Source of the DNA: Promethearchaeota archaeon
GTDB lineage: Archaea > Asgardarchaeota > Heimdallarchaeia > Hodarchaeales > Hodarchaeaceae
Direction: 5' to 3'
NCBI GenBank assembly: GCA_048938105.1
Contig: JBHLMN010000009.1
Span: forward strand, 169,270-233,269
DNA: 64,000 nt
Shown one piece after another: positions 61,089 to 64,000 of this stretch. The translations under genes were made by a program, and so were the position numbers. The first letter of the stretch is position 1. Each line of letters begins with the position of its first letter. The notes under the pieces are model-generated. The model was not told where the DNA came from. It did not search any database and worked only from the letters and a program-made list of their open reading frames with translations.

Positions 61089-63149
61089 TTATCCTTTAAA
61101 CACCAAACTTTTTACCGTTACAGGATATGTGTCACCACTGCGTAAAGGAGCCCCAATATCAATCCAATCTCCAGCCTCTAATGTTAACTCATCTAAACAG
61201 ATTAAATTATCTTGAATCGACGTTTCACGACGAAATGTAGTCCCTATAATTCTAGCCCCGTCCATTTTAAAAAGTAAAATGATTTTCTTCTTCTTAACAA
61301 CGGAGTTCGGAAGTGCTTCTTCAATAGCTTTTGTAAATTCAATAATTTTCTCACCAGATGACATAACAGGACGGATGAAATATAAGGCTACAAGATCTTC
61401 ACCTTCAATAAAATCAAAGTTTTTGAATGAGTTTTGAATTTCTTTTATTATAATTTCACAGGTAAAATTCCTAAAAGTAACATTTACTGGAAGAACTGGG
61501 ACATTTAAAAGAGGTAGTGTGATATTCTCCGAAACAAAGCAAGTTGAACCTGAGACATTAAGAGAAAACGCTCCTGCTCCTATGACCGTAGCTCGAATTT
61601 TATTTACTGGTTCGATAATTTTTAAATTCAGATCTTTCATCTGAATTGTAATTTCTTCCGCAAGATACTTACCAATGTCGTCGAATTCGCCCTCACTTCC
61701 ATAAATTAGCTCCGAAACTCCTCCTGTAAAAGAATACTCTGTGATAGGTATGGAGAATTCAAGATCCTCAGTTATCATAAGTCGTTTGGCTACATCACTT
61801 TTTGCTGGGCCTTTCATAACCTCCATAAGTATTTCAGCAAATTTCTTTGCAACAAATTTCACCTCAGCTTTAGAGATGATATCTCCCACGCGATAATTTA
61901 AGCCCAGTTCCTCCATCACGATATGGCAGGGTTCGTCAATTCTCCAGATCTTGAATTCTTTATCAATTCCTAATAATCGGGCTCCTACACTTATAGCTGC
62001 CGTGCTAAGAATCCGTCCTTTTGAAATAATAGAAAGTTTGCTAGAACCTCCTCCAACGTCTGCATTTAGAATCGTACGAGGAGGACTTTGAGACAGCCCG
62101 ATAACACCACTTCCCTTGGCACCTAGAAAAGCTTCAAAATTAGGTCCAGCTGTTGCACTTACAAATTTACCTGTCTCTGTAGAAATCTTATTTACAATTT
62201 CAGCGGCGTTTTGTTTTTTTGAGGCTTCTCCAGTAACAATAACAGCACCTGTATCTACCAAAGAAGGGTCAATATTAGCGTTCTTAAATTCTTTGTGAAT
62301 GAATTTAATCACAGCGTCAATCTCAATCGTATTACGATCGAGTAAAGGTGTAAAAATGATATTTCCTTCATAAATTACTTTTCGGCTGATAGGTATGAAT
62401 CGATTTGACATATTAAGAAAACCCTGTTCTCGTTTGAGGGTTATCTTAGAAAAGACAAGATGGGATGTAGACGAGCCTATATCTATCCCTACACTCAAAA
62501 CTTCTAAATATTCAGCATTAGAATCATCTGAATATGTATTTCCCATCACGTGCTCAGCTGAAAATTGGATTTCATCCAAATCAGATTTAATCTTGGACTC
62601 ACTTTCTCTACTAGAAGATTCTGGTTCAACTTTAACAATTATAATCTGCATTTCTGTATCATGATGTTTAGGCAGTTCTATTCCATCTGAGGAATCTAGG
62701 AGCTGAGCTTTAAGGTCAGCTGGAATATCGAATTTTTCTTTACATTCGGTACAAATGAACATGATATCTATAGAGGGGTCATGGCCTGGAAGAAGTGGTG
62801 ATCTTGTTTCAACAACATTAACTTCTCCTGTAATTTGGCGTCTCGCACTAGCCAACATAGCATTAAAATTCATCGAAACTGCTTCACAAGTGATATTAAA
62901 TACTTCTCCAGGTTCTAATACCGAGGCTAAGACAGGTTTAAAGGTAACAATTAGACGACGTAGTTTTAAATAATCTGTAATATCTTCTTCAGTATATTTC
63001 ATAAGTTGTTTGTCATATTTTCGATTAAATAGCTCTGCGAGTTCATCAGCTTCTTCTGGCATAAATTTCTTTAAAATTGTGTAAACAATGAAACAGGCTC
63101 CAGATTTTACACTGTCTACATGAATTTTTACATCTTTATATAGTTCCAA
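61089..63149 (-). CDS. eutA: EutA (ethanolamine ammonia-lyase reactivase)-family protein with an N-terminal extension of about 210 aa
   Basis: LSVGIDIGSSTSHLVFS, TGAVIVTGEA, FVSATAGPNFEA..GAKGSG, DVGGGS, IRATVIGAG, DWIDIG.PL and VTVKSL. Confidence 0.85.
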   Translation of the reverse strand: MELYKDVKIHVDSVKSGACFIVYTILKKFMPEEADELAELFNRKYDKQLMKYTEEDITDYLKLRRLIVTFKPVLASVLEPGEVFNITCEAVSMNFNAMLASARRQITGEVNVVETRSPLLPGHDPSIDIMFICTECKEKFDIPADLKAQLLDSSDGIELPKHHDTEMQIIIVKVEPESSSRESESKIKSDLDEIQFSAEHVMGNTYSDDSNAEYLEVLSVGIDIGSSTSHLVFSKITLKREQGFLNMSNRFIPISRKVIYEGNIIFTPLLDRNTIEIDAVIKFIHKEFKNANIDPSLVDTGAVIVTGEASKKQNAAEIVNKISTETGKFVSATAGPNFEAFLGAKGSGVIGLSQSPPRTILNADVGGGSSKLSIISKGRILSTAAISVGARLLGIDKEFKIWRIDEPCHIVMEELGLNYRVGDIISKAEVKFVAKKFAEILMEVMKGPAKSDVAKRLMITEDLEFSIPITEYSFTGGVSELIYGSEGEFDDIGKYLAEEITIQMKDLNLKIIEPVNKIRATVIGAGAFSLNVSGSTCFVSENITLPLLNVPVLPVNVTFRNFTCEIIIKEIQNSFKNFDFIEGEDLVALYFIRPVMSSGEKIIEFTKAIEEALPNSVVKKKKIILLFKMDGARIIGTTFRRETSIQDNLICLDELTLEAGDWIDIGAPLRSGDTYPVTVKSLVFKG

Positions 63150-63500
63150 GGTTAAGTACTCCAGTCATAATTTTCGGATTAAAGGCGATTTTATTTAATA
63201 AAATAGTAAGGATATCCTGTTTAATTTATAGAATTGATATAATTCAATCTTTTTGATTAATTAGAATTTCTAATAGAAGGAATACAGAATTTTTTTCTTA
63301 GATAGAATATAGCTAAAAAGATTTATATGATTATTTAATTAATTTAATCCAAATAATGGATATAAGACATGATATATCGAAAAATCTATAAAAATCGGAC
63401 CTAATCAACGTTTCCTCAGAACTCTTCTTTAACTTTGGTTTAAAGACAACATACATAGCAACATATATAGCTTCGGGATTAATTTTAAGGAAAGAAAAAA

Positions 63501-63731
63501 ATGAATTGCACAATTTGTAAAGGAAATCTTATGCAAATTAAAGAAAAGTTCCTAGTTACAATTAAGGGTCAGGATATTCTAATCAAAAATCTTGAAATAT
63601 TAGAATGTGAAAATTGTGGAGAACGCTATTTAACTCCTGAAACTGATGAAAAACTAGAGAGATTGATTCTTAAATATAAACAAGGAAATATTCCTATCAC
63701 ACATCAGGATATTATTCAATTGGAAGTTTGA
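63501..63731 (+). CDS. YgiT/MqsA-type zinc finger protein
   Basis: CTICKG...ILIKNL...CENCGERYLTPET. Confidence 0.85.
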   Translation: MNCTICKGNLMQIKEKFLVTIKGQDILIKNLEILECENCGERYLTPETDEKLERLILKYKQGNIPITHQDIIQLEV

Positions 63732-63764
63732 TCAGAAAAGCTCTACTTTTTTCTTTTATAATAG

Positions 63765-63781
63765 ATGTGCAATAACCAACG
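63765..63781 (+). repeat. dif-like half-site D (left arm plus spacer)
   Basis: AGATGTGCAATAACCAACG identical over 19 bp to site B; right arm absent. Confidence 0.65.
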
Positions 63782-64000
63782 AAAAGAGAATATACATAGT
63801 AATATGTCAGCTTCATTTATGAATCCAATATTATGCTCACGAAAATCTTTATGTTTTCTTTATATACTAATTCTGTGTCTCAAGAGAACCAAATATCAAG
63901 AGTGATATCATTATCACTATAAAAAAAAAGAGTTATCCCCCTAATATTCCTTCTTAAAGATGAATAATTTCCCAACACCTTCCTCAGGGCGCTCATTTAT

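Noticed and set aside
63331-63513. 60-aa minus-strand ORF
   Set aside because: No motif, overlaps the start of the YgiT gene, likely spurious
52701-63792. Reading the CCAACG repeats as a CRISPR array or integron attC sites
   Set aside because: Copies are kilobases apart (not CRISPR); 28 bp with a fixed centre and variable arms is too short and the wrong pattern for attC; no cas or intI gene in the window

Overview
AT-rich (roughly one-third GC by eye) archaeal chromosomal segment, most likely from an Asgard archaeon (Heimdallarchaeia/Hodarchaeales-like). The basis is a Rab-like small GTPase, a 22-aa LRR protein, a crenarchaeal/eukaryote-type SSB, a giant TrmB coiled-coil protein, PGF-type C-terminal sorting tails and many TTG/GTG starts. 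From 1 to about 46.4 kb it is mostly core/metabolic: an AOR-hexulose-6-phosphate synthase fusion running off the left edge, a DegT-Gfo/Idh/MocA fusion, SSB, Trx, DnaJ, a small-GTPase locus, several pseudo-enzymes, two very long helical proteins, a HypD glycyl-radical operon with MFS and GH2, and a bacterial-type ValRS. From about 46.4 kb to 64 kb it is a mosaic accessory region with pseudogenes, a GC-richer CocE/NonD insert and an orphan tRNA 3' half. The most striking signal is a series of directly repeated 28-bp sites with Xer/dif architecture (11-bp arm ending ATAA, invariant CCAACG spacer, 11-bp arm) at 52701, 56867 and 60829, plus half-sites at 58792 and 63765. These divide the accessory region into 2-4 kb self-contained gene modules, a candidate dif-module/cassette array. 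No rRNA, CRISPR array, intact transposase or recombinase gene was seen.
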